Source: Burkholderiaceae bacterium (GTDB lineage: Bacteria > Pseudomonadota > Gammaproteobacteria > Burkholderiales > Burkholderiaceae_D). Taken from it: a stretch of 64,000 nt of DNA. Position numbers and translations under genes: made by a program. Numbering within the stretch: position 1 is the stretch's first letter; every line of letters starts with the position of its first letter. The stretch lies in assembly GCA_019745005.1 (NCBI GenBank), contig JAIETO010000001.1, positions 19,538-83,537 of the forward strand. Direction: 5' to 3'. The notes beneath the pieces are model-generated. The model had not been told where the DNA came from, did not search any database, and saw nothing but the letters and a program-made list of their open reading frames with translations. This document shows, piece by piece, positions 19,303-28,700 of this stretch.

Positions 19303-19530
19303 TTAAAAACGCGCCTTGGACAAAATTACCAACCATTTACGCAACAAAAGAATCTCTAAATGCCCTGCTTGCACGCCTGTGGAGCAATCAATAATTGGGT
19401 TAACGCGGTACTGGCGCAGTCTAAAGTCCAAACACACAAAAATCTCACGTCGACCAAGGCGGATAGAAAAAGAAGTTGGTGCAAATTGCAAACTGAAGCG
19501 GGTATTGAGTGAATTATCGAGGTAAGGCAT
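19303..19530 (-). CDS. Hypothetical 75-aa protein divergent from imuA
   Basis: AGGAG RBS upstream of ATG (CCAGGAGATTGAACCATG); no recognisable domain. Confidence 0.65.
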   Translation of the reverse strand: MPYLDNSLNTRFSLQFAPTSFSIRLGRREIFVCLDFRLRQYRVNPIIDCSTGVQAGHLEILLLRKWLVILSKARF

Positions 19531-19614
19531 GGTTCAATCTCCTGGTCGTCGTTTCGTAAGTTGATCTTAGCGATCTGCGGGTTGGTAGTGCATGGGAAGT
19601 ACTTTAGCACAAAA

Positions 19615-19634
19615 TACTGTATATGCAATCAGTA
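19615..19634. promoter_or_regulatory. LexA (SOS) box, one mismatch
   Basis: TACTGTATATGCAATCAGTA compared with CTGT-N8-ACAG. Confidence 0.65.
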
Positions 19635-19690
19635 TTTTATTTATTTGCATAAATGCTTCGATGCTTTGAATTTACTCAGAAAATTAATTA

Positions 19691-19710
19691 TACTGTGTTT
19701 TTGTACAGTA
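19691..19710. promoter_or_regulatory. LexA (SOS) box upstream of imuA
   Basis: TACTGTGTTTTTGTACAGTA is a perfect CTGT-N8-ACAG, embedded in the longer palindrome AAATTAATT...AATTAATTT (19681-19720). Confidence 0.88.
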
Positions 19711-19850
19711 CAATTAATTTGCTTTCGAAGCCTTTGTGCGACTCCCTATCAAGCAAAAACGAACGATCAGAGTTTGCGTTGTAGTGAGGTCATAGCGAGT
19801 GCCGCAAGCACAAAAATCGATAGCGCGTCAGTTGTGCAGAGGTTTCTTCT

Positions 19851-20642
19851 ATGTTGCCATCACCCATTTCTACACCAGAAAATATTCACCCATCACTATG
19901 GCGCGCTTCGCAATTGGCGCGTGGTATTGGTGAAACGGTAGATAGTGGTTATGCCGCCTTGTCAGCCGAATTGCCCGGCGCTGGTTGGCCAAGGGGCGCT
20001 TTAACTGAGATATTAATAGAGCATCAAGGCACGGCTGAACTACGTTTGTTACAGCCTGCATTGGCCAGTCTCCGGCAGGGACACATCATTTTTTTACAAG
20101 CACCTTTTCAACCGCAAATAGGTGGCATGGCTGAACTTGGTTTGAATACTGCGCAATTATTGTGGATACGCACCCATAAACCAGTCGATGCTTTATGGGC
20201 AGCGGAACATATCTTGCGCAGCGGGAGTTGTAGCGCACTCTTGTATTGGCAAAGTCAGATGAAGAATGAAGCCTTGCGGCGTCTGCATTTGGCTGCGCAA
20301 AGTGGACGCACTTTATTTTGCATGATACGACCACTCGCTTTTGCGCAAACACCATCGCCAGCGCCACTACGTTTGAGCTTAAAAACCACGAGAGACGGTT
20401 TACAAATTGATTTTATTAAGCGGCGCGGACATCAACGAGATTCGCCTTTACACATTTCGTTACCAGTGCCACTTTGCATGATCAAACAAAGTACGCCAAC
20501 ACCCCTATCTGCAACTGTATCAACAGTGAAGCTCGATGAAACCAACGCAAGTATTGAAAACAACTCCGCCCAGTTGCTGGCTAGTGCTGCATTTGCCGCA
20601 ACTCGCCATCGAATCTCGGCTACCGAATTGGTTAAAGGATGA
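19851..20642 (+). CDS. imuA: Translesion synthesis protein ImuA (RecA/SulA-like)
   Basis: Motifs HPSLWRASQL, LPGAGWPRGALTEIL, LRRLHLAAQ and SPAPLRL; SOS box upstream. Confidence 0.92.
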   Translation: MLPSPISTPENIHPSLWRASQLARGIGETVDSGYAALSAELPGAGWPRGALTEILIEHQGTAELRLLQPALASLRQGHIIFLQAPFQPQIGGMAELGLNTAQLLWIRTHKPVDALWAAEHILRSGSCSALLYWQSQMKNEALRRLHLAAQSGRTLFCMIRPLAFAQTPSPAPLRLSLKTTRDGLQIDFIKRRGHQRDSPLHISLPVPLCMIKQSTPTPLSATVSTVKLDETNASIENNSAQLLASAAFAATRHRISATELVKG

Positions 20643-22128
20643 GGGTGTTGTAGTCCAAGAAAAAAAACGCGTCGTCGCCGTATCACCTTTTGCGCAAGCG
20701 GCGGGTATACACATCGGCATGCGCCTAGGCGGTGTACAAATGCTGTTGCCCGAGGCCTTGATACTAACGAACGATGCAGAAAAAGAAGCCGCCAGCTTGC
20801 ACGCCGCTGCTGTTGCACTGATGCGGTTTTCACCTCAAGTATGCTTGCTGGAACACGCCAGTGTGTTGCTCAATGTAGGTGCGAGCCTGCGTTTATTTGG
20901 GGGAATTCGTCAACTACTACGCTTAGTCATGCAAACCATGGCAAGTTTAGGTTTTAGCGCCACGCTTGGCTGCGCTAACAGTGCCAAAGGCGCATGGTTG
21001 TTGGCGCAGGCGGCCGCAAATACAGGAAGGCGCCGTGGCTTCGCCTTGCAATTAAGTTCCTTGACGCGCCGTCTTGACGCGCTACCCATCGCTCTACTGC
21101 CCAGTGCCCAACTATGGCTAGAGTGGCTCCATGGAATTGGTTGCAAAACCTTGGGTGCGGTACGCCAATTGCCACGCGCCGGTGTGCAACGACGCTGCGG
21201 CAAAGCCTTGTTGTATGAACTCGACAGTGCTTACGGCCAAACGCATGAGCTTTACAATTGGATGCAGCTCTCGCCCCAATTCAAAGCACGCATCGATTTA
21301 CTCGATCGTATCGAGCATACCGAGGCAATTTTGTATTTTGCTCAAAGCATGATCACGCAACTCTGTGGCTGGCTTACCCATCAACACCTTGCGATTACAC
21401 AGATTCAACTGCATTTAGAGCATGAGCGCGGACGACAAGCGATTCCACCAACACCATTAGACATTACGTTGGCACAAGCCACTTGGCGTGAGGAACACCT
21501 CTGTCGCTTACTCAAAGAACGTCTGGCTCAACTTCAATTAGATGCGCCAGTCATTGCGCTGCAATTATTTGCCGCACAAACGCAAGCCATGCAAGTGCCC
21601 AGTGGTGATTTATTTCCTGAAATGGGTGGTTCAACAGAGGAGCAACATCGCCTTGTCGAATTACTCAGCGCCCGTTTAGGTTCAGACAATGTATTACAGG
21701 CAGCGGCACAAAATGATTACCGCCCTGAAGTGGCTAATCAATGGACGCCGGCCATTCAAACATCTAAAACATCGCAAGCAAACTCAAAGCAAGCTTCATT
21801 TCAGCCTAAGAAATCTGTCAACGAGCACCAAAAGCATGTGCAAAATCGCCCATCGTGGTTATTACCCAAAGCCATTCCGCTCGAACTACGACAACACCGC
21901 CCTTACTACCGTGGCGCACTGAAACTGATGTCACCTGCAGAAAGAATTGAAGCGGGTTGGTGGGATGGCCAACTCGTGACCAGAGATTATTTCATCGCGG
22001 AAAGCGCTGAGCATTTGCGTTATTGGATCTACCGAGAACGCCGTGGCGCCTCGCACCAAGCGCAAGCATTAGAAAGCGGCACGCAGGATCATGCACCAAT
22101 TTGGTTTTTACATGGAGTGTTTGGGTGA
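20536..22128 (+). CDS. imuB: Y-family polymerase-like ImuB
   Basis: Motifs WLVLHLPQL, SLRLFGG, LSARLG, RPSWLL, ERIEAGWWD, RDYFIA and WFLHGVFG. Confidence 0.92.
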   Translation: MKPTQVLKTTPPSCWLVLHLPQLAIESRLPNWLKDEGVVVQEKKRVVAVSPFAQAAGIHIGMRLGGVQMLLPEALILTNDAEKEAASLHAAAVALMRFSPQVCLLEHASVLLNVGASLRLFGGIRQLLRLVMQTMASLGFSATLGCANSAKGAWLLAQAAANTGRRRGFALQLSSLTRRLDALPIALLPSAQLWLEWLHGIGCKTLGAVRQLPRAGVQRRCGKALLYELDSAYGQTHELYNWMQLSPQFKARIDLLDRIEHTEAILYFAQSMITQLCGWLTHQHLAITQIQLHLEHERGRQAIPPTPLDITLAQATWREEHLCRLLKERLAQLQLDAPVIALQLFAAQTQAMQVPSGDLFPEMGGSTEEQHRLVELLSARLGSDNVLQAAAQNDYRPEVANQWTPAIQTSKTSQANSKQASFQPKKSVNEHQKHVQNRPSWLLPKAIPLELRQHRPYYRGALKLMSPAERIEAGWWDGQLVTRDYFIAESAEHLRYWIYRERRGASHQAQALESGTQDHAPIWFLHGVFG

Positions 22129-22175
22129 GGTAAAGCACTACCCAAATTTGTTAAGACAAGGGAAAAAACACCTTA

Positions 22176-22580
22176 TTAAGCATCTACCCAATTTTCAACT
22201 TGTAGCGCCGGCACACGAGAAAACTCACCCACATTGTTAGTGACTAACACCAGACCTTGGCTGCGTGCATGAGCAGCAATGTGTAGATCATTCACGCCGA
22301 TTGTATTGCCTGATTTTTCTAATGCTGCACGAATTGCCCCGTAATGTTGCGAGGCTTTTGCGTCATATGCCAATACTTCTAAGCGGCTACAAAAATCTTC
22401 AATTGAGGCTAAGTTTTCGCTTATTTTTTGACTTTTTTCTGCACCATGTAGCAGTTCAGATAAGGTAATTGCAGAGATCGCCATTCGATTGGCATGTTGA
22501 TTAAATGTCGCCAACACCTCGATCGGGCGTCGCTTTAACACATAAATAACGATATTCGTATCAAGAAGATACTTCAGCAT
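22176..22580 (-). CDS. vapC: VapC PIN-domain toxin
   Basis: Motifs YLLDTNI, IGVNDLHIAAHA and LVTNN..EFSRV. Confidence 0.95.
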   Translation of the reverse strand: MLKYLLDTNIVIYVLKRRPIEVLATFNQHANRMAISAITLSELLHGAEKSQKISENLASIEDFCSRLEVLAYDAKASQHYGAIRAALEKSGNTIGVNDLHIAAHARSQGLVLVTNNVGEFSRVPALQVENWVDA

Positions 22581-22816
22581 CACAAAACCTCACGCTCCGT
22601 TTGTGTTTGCGAGGCGCGTTCTGATAAAAAATCGTCACTGACAGTCTTCACAGTACCGATAAAGAAACTATCCCATTTCTCACCAACTGGTGAGATGATG
22701 CGCTCATTGCCATTAGCTCGAACATCGACTTTTTTTACGTGATCGGGCAAACGCAATTCGGCAGGCAAACGCACTGCTTGACTACGGTTATTTACAAATA
22801 CTGAACCTGTTGCCAT
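22580..22816 (-). CDS. vapB: VapB antitoxin (AbrB type)
   Basis: SVFVNNRSQAVRLP motif; TGATG coupling to vapC. Confidence 0.93.
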   Translation of the reverse strand: MATGSVFVNNRSQAVRLPAELRLPDHVKKVDVRANGNERIISPVGEKWDSFFIGTVKTVSDDFLSERASQTQTEREVL

Positions 22817-22972
22817 GATGTACTCCAAAAGAAAAATTCGATGAAGATGGGATGTGGCAAAAGTATATAGCAAAATCTTAAAAATAAAAACCGCTAACCA
22901 ATAGTCTATTTTTATACATCAAAAAAATTCTTTAGGATGAAATCCAGTTCCTACTTAAGCTCAATTCACGTC

Positions 22973-23641
22973 TCAATTTTTCTTCTCCTTCTGCGCCCGA
23001 GCCACCAACCAATCCAACACAGGCAATAATGCCTGGTTTTGCCCTTCTTCTGTGGTGCGACCTAACGATACCGCTGCCATTGAGGGCGAGGTAACAAAGC
23101 GGCCATCGATGATTAAGGTCGGCCATGAATTGATTTTGTAGGCCTCCATTTGTTGTGCCGCGCGGTTTAGTTTGGTTTGGATGGTAAAAGAATTGTAGAT
23201 ATCGGAGAACTTTTGTTTGTCGATGCCTGTTCTCGCTATGAATTCCAACACTGCTGCGTCAGAAAACAGGCGCACCCGTTCAACATGCACGGCATTAAAA
23301 ATTTTGCTTTGAAGCTCATCCGCTTTGCCCATGGTTTCTAAGGTCAAAAATAACTTCAACGGAGGAATCGCGCGCTGATCTGACACATGGACGCGCTTAA
23401 AATTGATTGCGCTACCCTGCTTCTTAATCCAGTTTTCTAACAAGGGGTCAAGTGCGTAACAATGTGGGCAGGTGTAGGCAAAGAATTCGATGACTTCAAT
23501 TTTTTTGTCAGCTGGGGTCGCTTGTACGTTGGCTAAAACCGTAAACTCTTTACCGTTTTCGGGTGCATTGATTGCCGCGTTCGCGACGAAGGAGACAAGC
23601 ATCATGCCGACGAGGGCAACAATTTTGCGAATGAAGAACAT
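22973..23641 (-). CDS. dsbA: Thiol:disulfide interchange protein DsbA family
   Basis: EVIEFFAYTCPHCY, signal peptide, and cis-Pro loop SWPT. Confidence 0.88.
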   Translation of the reverse strand: MFFIRKIVALVGMMLVSFVANAAINAPENGKEFTVLANVQATPADKKIEVIEFFAYTCPHCYALDPLLENWIKKQGSAINFKRVHVSDQRAIPPLKLFLTLETMGKADELQSKIFNAVHVERVRLFSDAAVLEFIARTGIDKQKFSDIYNSFTIQTKLNRAAQQMEAYKINSWPTLIIDGRFVTSPSMAAVSLGRTTEEGQNQALLPVLDWLVARAQKEKKN

Positions 23642-23675
23642 GTTTTTAACCTTTTACAAAGTGGATAGTGTTTAA

Positions 23676-23775
23676 TTCCGTTTCTAAATCAATCGTGTCG
23701 TTGTTACCTTCGCCTTGCCGTGCCGAAGCACTGTCTGCGACTCGTCGCCTAGACACAATTGATTTGGAAATGGAA
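23676..23775 (+). mobile_element. MITE family B, copy 2 (100 bp)
   Basis: Same terminal repeats as 18106-18205 with TAA duplicated on both flanks; 34 nt upstream of the dsbA start. Confidence 0.88.
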
Positions 23776-23802
23776 TAAGAAGCTTTTTTAAGATTGTGGC
23801 TC

Positions 23803-23836
23803 AAAAAGAAAAAAGCCGCATACGATCATGCGGCTT
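23803..23836 (-). terminator. Intrinsic terminator after the phosphatase gene
   Basis: Stem AAGCCGCAT / ATGCGGCTT with a U-run on the minus strand. Confidence 0.7.
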
Positions 23837-23856
23837 CTCCAATCAATCAAAACGGT

Positions 23857-25560
23857 CTATCGCAACACTTCCGTCAGTACGCGCCCTTCTGCAGCTGCCG
23901 GTGGGCGTATGCGTAACAGGTAAGCGAGACTCGGTGCGATGTCGGCAATTTCTACATATTGACCATAAGCACCAGGCTTAATCCAATGCTTACCCATAAC
24001 GAGTAGTGGCACATTGGTGTCATAGCTATAAGGCGAGCCATGCGTTGTACCCGTTGCGCCGTAGCTAAAAAATGAGAAAGGTTTAGGTACCACCATCAAG
24101 TCGCCGGAGACTTGGCGATGCCAAGCACGTTGCATGAGCTTACTGATATGGTTGTTCGGTACTGCGCCGTTTTCCAATTGTGTGCGCGTATAGACATCTG
24201 CGACGCCAACATACGAGAGCAAGAAGCGTGCTGCGACATTTTCGACTTCATCACGTTTAAGGCCACGTTGTTCAATGAGTTTGCTGTCGAGAATAATGTT
24301 CGGTGCTGACCAGTTCAACGCCAATTTTTCAGCTTTAAATTTTTCTGCCAAATGGGTATTTAATGCGGCAAACATTTTGGCGCCATCAATACGTTCTGCA
24401 TTGAGTTGCTTCGTCTTGGCAAATTCTGGTGTGTTCGGGAAACCATGGTCAGCAGTCAGGATAATGATGGTGTTATCCAAACCAATACGCTTGTCGATGT
24501 AAGTGAAAAAATCACCAAGCATGCGATCTACGCGTTGTAAATGATCATGCGAGGCGCGGCTTTCTGGGCCATAAGCGTGATTAACATAGTCGTGACCCGA
24601 TAAACTCACACCCAAAATATCCGTCACGCCGGCAGCGTTTTGACCCAATTTCTCGTTCTCGATCGTTGCGCGTGCGAAGTCTAAAGTGAGTTCATCAAGA
24701 AACGGTGTAGCTCGCAAATTATTGTAATAGCCTTCATCCAAATTGCCGCTTTCGCTAAACATTTGAAACGGGAAACGATTATTTTTCCCAGTTTTAGGTG
24801 CGACAATATCGTCACTTGCATCATTTACATACGCTGTATCCGCTAATAAAGGCTTCCATAATTTGCCATAGTAACGATCTTGCGGCTTGGCGTTGTTATA
24901 GCGCTGTACCCATTCAGGATGACTCTGCATGTAATAAGTGCTGCTGGCGAAGTTGCCTGTCTTACTCATAAACATATAGGCTGTACCAGTCTTGCCTGCC
25001 AACAGTATCGCCCCGCGATCTTTGCCAGAAACGGCAATCACTTTAGAACGGTCACCCGTCGCATAACGTAACTCATCGCCCAGTGTTGTCACTTTCAGCT
25101 TATTTGGCGAGGTGCCGTCACTATCTTTGGTTTCTTCGCCAATGTATTTATGGGAGCTGTCTTCCGTACAGTAGACGGAGGCAAGCGTGCTTGGGTCAGT
25201 CCAGTTATTGCCAATAATCCCATGCTGATACGGATACGCGCCCGTTAAAATCGCCGCGTGCCCTACCGCCGTAACGGTAACGCCATGCGCTTGATGGGCA
25301 TTACCAAACCATGCGCCTTGATCAATTAAACGCCGAAAACCACCTTGTCCAAATTGGTCGCGGTAGCGTGCCACTTGCTCTTGCGGCAAGCCGTCAATTA
25401 CTACGACCACAACCAACTTGGGTTGGCTGGGCTTTTCTGCCACAGGGGCAGCAGCCATGGCAGGCATCAAGCCGATTGCTGCACTGAGGGCAACCGTATG
25501 TAAGAACAAGCGCCGCAAACGCAGGGAAGATGTAACGCCTTTTGTCTGAACTTTTTTCAT
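23857..25560 (-). CDS. Alkaline phosphatase family protein (PafA-like)
   Basis: VVIDGL, TVTAVGHA (Thr nucleophile), SGKDRGAI, DYVNHAYGP, TADHG and THGSPY. Confidence 0.9.
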   Translation of the reverse strand: MKKVQTKGVTSSLRLRRLFLHTVALSAAIGLMPAMAAAPVAEKPSQPKLVVVVVIDGLPQEQVARYRDQFGQGGFRRLIDQGAWFGNAHQAHGVTVTAVGHAAILTGAYPYQHGIIGNNWTDPSTLASVYCTEDSSHKYIGEETKDSDGTSPNKLKVTTLGDELRYATGDRSKVIAVSGKDRGAILLAGKTGTAYMFMSKTGNFASSTYYMQSHPEWVQRYNNAKPQDRYYGKLWKPLLADTAYVNDASDDIVAPKTGKNNRFPFQMFSESGNLDEGYYNNLRATPFLDELTLDFARATIENEKLGQNAAGVTDILGVSLSGHDYVNHAYGPESRASHDHLQRVDRMLGDFFTYIDKRIGLDNTIIILTADHGFPNTPEFAKTKQLNAERIDGAKMFAALNTHLAEKFKAEKLALNWSAPNIILDSKLIEQRGLKRDEVENVAARFLLSYVGVADVYTRTQLENGAVPNNHISKLMQRAWHRQVSGDLMVVPKPFSFFSYGATGTTHGSPYSYDTNVPLLVMGKHWIKPGAYGQYVEIADIAPSLAYLLRIRPPAAAEGRVLTEVLR

Positions 25561-25580
25561 ATGAGCTATTCCAAAAAATC

Positions 25581-25617
25581 AAAGAAAACGCCGATTGTGT
25601 TGTTCACCACAATCGGC
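25581..25617 (-). terminator. Terminator-like hairpin
   Basis: Stem GCCGATTGTG / CACAATCGGC followed by GTTTTCTTT on the minus strand. Confidence 0.55.
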
Positions 25618-25690
25618 TTCAATTACAACAATGTAGACAGTGACTAGGCTACAACAGAACTATGTCAATTTGATGTCAGACGCTTACTTA

Positions 25691-25708
25691 ATGACAATAT
25701 AATAACAA
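25691..25708 (-). promoter_or_regulatory. Putative Pho box upstream of the phosphatase
   Basis: Minus strand reads TTGTTAT-TATA-TTGTCAT, an 11-bp-period repeat resembling CTGTCAT-N4-CTGTCAT. Confidence 0.45.
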
Positions 25709-25730
25709 TCAAATAGCACCTTCGCACAAA

Positions 25731-28700
25731 TTAATGACCGTGCCCATCGCCATGCCCACGAACCTGAACAGGTACATTTCCCGCATTCACTCCTTCGAAG
25801 AAAAACGGTTTGCGATTTTTATTGCGTACACCGACTTCATTCATGCTTGCAGACTCATACAAACGGCCGTTAAGCATGACATGGCTGATTTTGTCGGATT
25901 GTTCGATGTTTTGCAAAATATCGCCATCGATCAATACCATGTCCGCTAACTTGCCGACTTCCAAGGAACCGATATCTTTTTCCATGCCGAGGTAGCGCGC
26001 ACCATTGATTGTTGCAGAGCGGATTGCTTCTAAAGAGGTCATACCACCACGACCTAACATCCACATTTCCCAATGCGCACCGAGGCCTTCGCGTTGACCA
26101 TGTGCGCCGATATTCACGGGCACGCCGGCACGTTGCAATTCAGTCGCCGTTTTGGCGACCTTAAATATATTGAAATCTTCGTCTGGTGCTGTTTCACGAC
26201 GCACGGCACGGGGTTCCAATACGCTGCGCGGTACATAACGGGATAACAAAGGATGCTTCCAAACGTCGCTACGAGCATACCAATAATGTTCACCATCCAA
26301 ACCACCGTAACCCACGACCAAGGTTGGGGTGTAACCGACTTTGGTTTGCGACCAAAGTTGCTTCACATCGTCATATGCGAAAGCAACAGGAATGGCGTGC
26401 TCAACACCCGTATGCCCGTCAACAATCATACTCATATTCAGTTGAAACAAAGAGCCGCCTTCCGGCACATCCAACATGCCAGTTTGGCGTGCTGCCTCAA
26501 CGATTTGTTGGCGTTGTTCACGACGCGGTTGGTTATAACTCTTTACCGAAATGGCGCCCGCCGCTTTCAGACGTTTTAAATGTGTTAATGCATCGTCTAA
26601 GCTATTCACCACGGCGCTGAAATTCGCCTTTGCACCATAGAGAATTGTCCCCGTAGAAAAAATACGCGGCGCGACCAGGTTGCCTGCACGCTGCATTTCA
26701 CTATGGGTAAAGATTTCCGCTGTATTGTTTGATGGATCGTGTAGCGTCGTCACACCAAACGCTAACGACGCAAAATCGACCCAACTTTGCTGCGGAATGA
26801 TGTCGTTTTCACCCATGCCACCATGCCAATGCACGTCAACCAAGCCAGGAATTACTGTCTTTCCCTTTGCCGCGATGACTTTGGCACCTGCTGGAATGGC
26901 GATATCTGCTGCGTTGCCCACGGCGCTGATGCGATTGCCCTGCACGACGATGCGCCCATTCGCAATGACTTCATCACCCTTCATGGTCACGATGCGTGCG
27001 CCGTCAATCACAGTGATGCCTTGAGGTTTATCGGCCGCTTCGCGAAAGCCAATTTTTAAACCTTTTTCGCTGGGCTTTGGTAAGTCCTTAGGCGCGTCAG
27101 GCAGAAAACTAAACGCATTTTTTAGCGACGTCGTAAATAATTCATCGCCCAATGAAAACACCAGTGATTGACTATCACCCGACCAATGAAGGTAATCGCC
27201 TGCATTCACATCAAGCTGTTTCAAAGGCAAAAAATCCGCTTTTGAACCAACGCTGACGGCCTTTCCTGCTGCGGGAAACGGCATCACATAAGTATGAAAG
27301 CGTTCGGTAAATGCCAGCCATTGCCCATCTGGCGATAAAGCATATTGCTCGGTAAACTCGCTCGTTGCGACAGGCATTTCTTCAGTGCGATCAAGCATGA
27401 CGCGCACAAGCGAAGTCGTCCAATCTACTTCACCCGAAAACTTCGTGCGTGTGACATACACTGCGTCACTCTCTTTGCCGAATTGGGGTGAATCGCCCTC
27501 CTCCGACAGCAAGCGAGGTTCCGATTTGCCATCCGCTGCAACTGCATACACGCCCTGTTCCAAGCCGTGCCACGGCGTAGTTAAATAACCCCCACGCGAC
27601 TTCACGTAAACAACTTGTTTGCCATCAGGTGATAGGGTTGGGTCGAGATATTTACCGGGCGTTTTCGTGTGGATCGTTTCTTGCCCGCTGCGTACGTCAA
27701 TGCTGCGTACCGAGCCAAGTTTTTCATCATGCCAGGTGGCGAAGACAACACGATTGCCGTCGCGAGAAAATTTCGGAAAATATTCAAAATGCTCTGTTTG
27801 TTTAGTAAGCCGTTTTGGTACGCCGTTCGGTAAATCACGCACGTACAAATAGCCCAAGGCAGAAAACACGACTTTATCGCCCTTGGGTGAGGTGTTCACC
27901 CAACGCAATTGCTTGACATCAAATTGATCAGGTGCGACTTCAGTGGGGAAACGCACTGCCTCACGCACTTCTCGCGTGTCTTTGATATGGAATGAAATTT
28001 CCTTGGCAGATTTTGCGAAAGGATCCACCTGCCAAATCTTACCTTTTGCCCACACAACGACTTTTTTCGAATCGGGCATCCAGCTAAACGACGGGTACAC
28101 ACCGTAGACCGCCCAAGTTTCTTGCATGTCACGCTCTAATTCGCCCCACGCTGGAAATTCCACCCCTGTCTTTAAGTCTTTCAAAAATAGCGTGCTTTGG
28201 TTGCGCACACGGCGCACAAACGCAAGATACTTGCCATCAGGTGACGGCGTCGGGCGCACCGCGCCACCGGGGCCACTCACGAAGGCAATAGTCTTCCCAG
28301 TATTCAAGTCTTTGCGGAAAATTTCATAAATTTGACCGTTTGAGTTTTTGTTATATTCAAACGATTTTCCTGGCGTGGTGTCTTGCGAGTAATACACGTA
28401 GCGTCCATCAGGTGAAAAGGCAGGCTCACCCAAGTCTTTTTGCCAGTTTGGCTTCTCATTTAATTGCACACCAGAGCCGCCATTGGCGTGGTACAACCAA
28501 ATCTCACCGGAGCCCAGAGAACGGGTGCCCGTAAAATGTTTACGTGCCGCGATGTATTGCCCGTTTGGATGCCAAACGGGATTATTCACCAAACGAAAAT
28601 CCTCTTTGGTCACTGCATGTGGCTGACTGCCGTCAATATTCATCACCCAAATATTGTCGCCACCACCCTCATCAGACAAATAAGCTAATTGCTTACCGTC

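Noticed and set aside
19356-19941. ORFs 19356-19628 (minus) and 19561-19941 (plus)
   Set aside because: They cross the AT-rich SOS-box promoter region, lack an RBS and have atypical composition.
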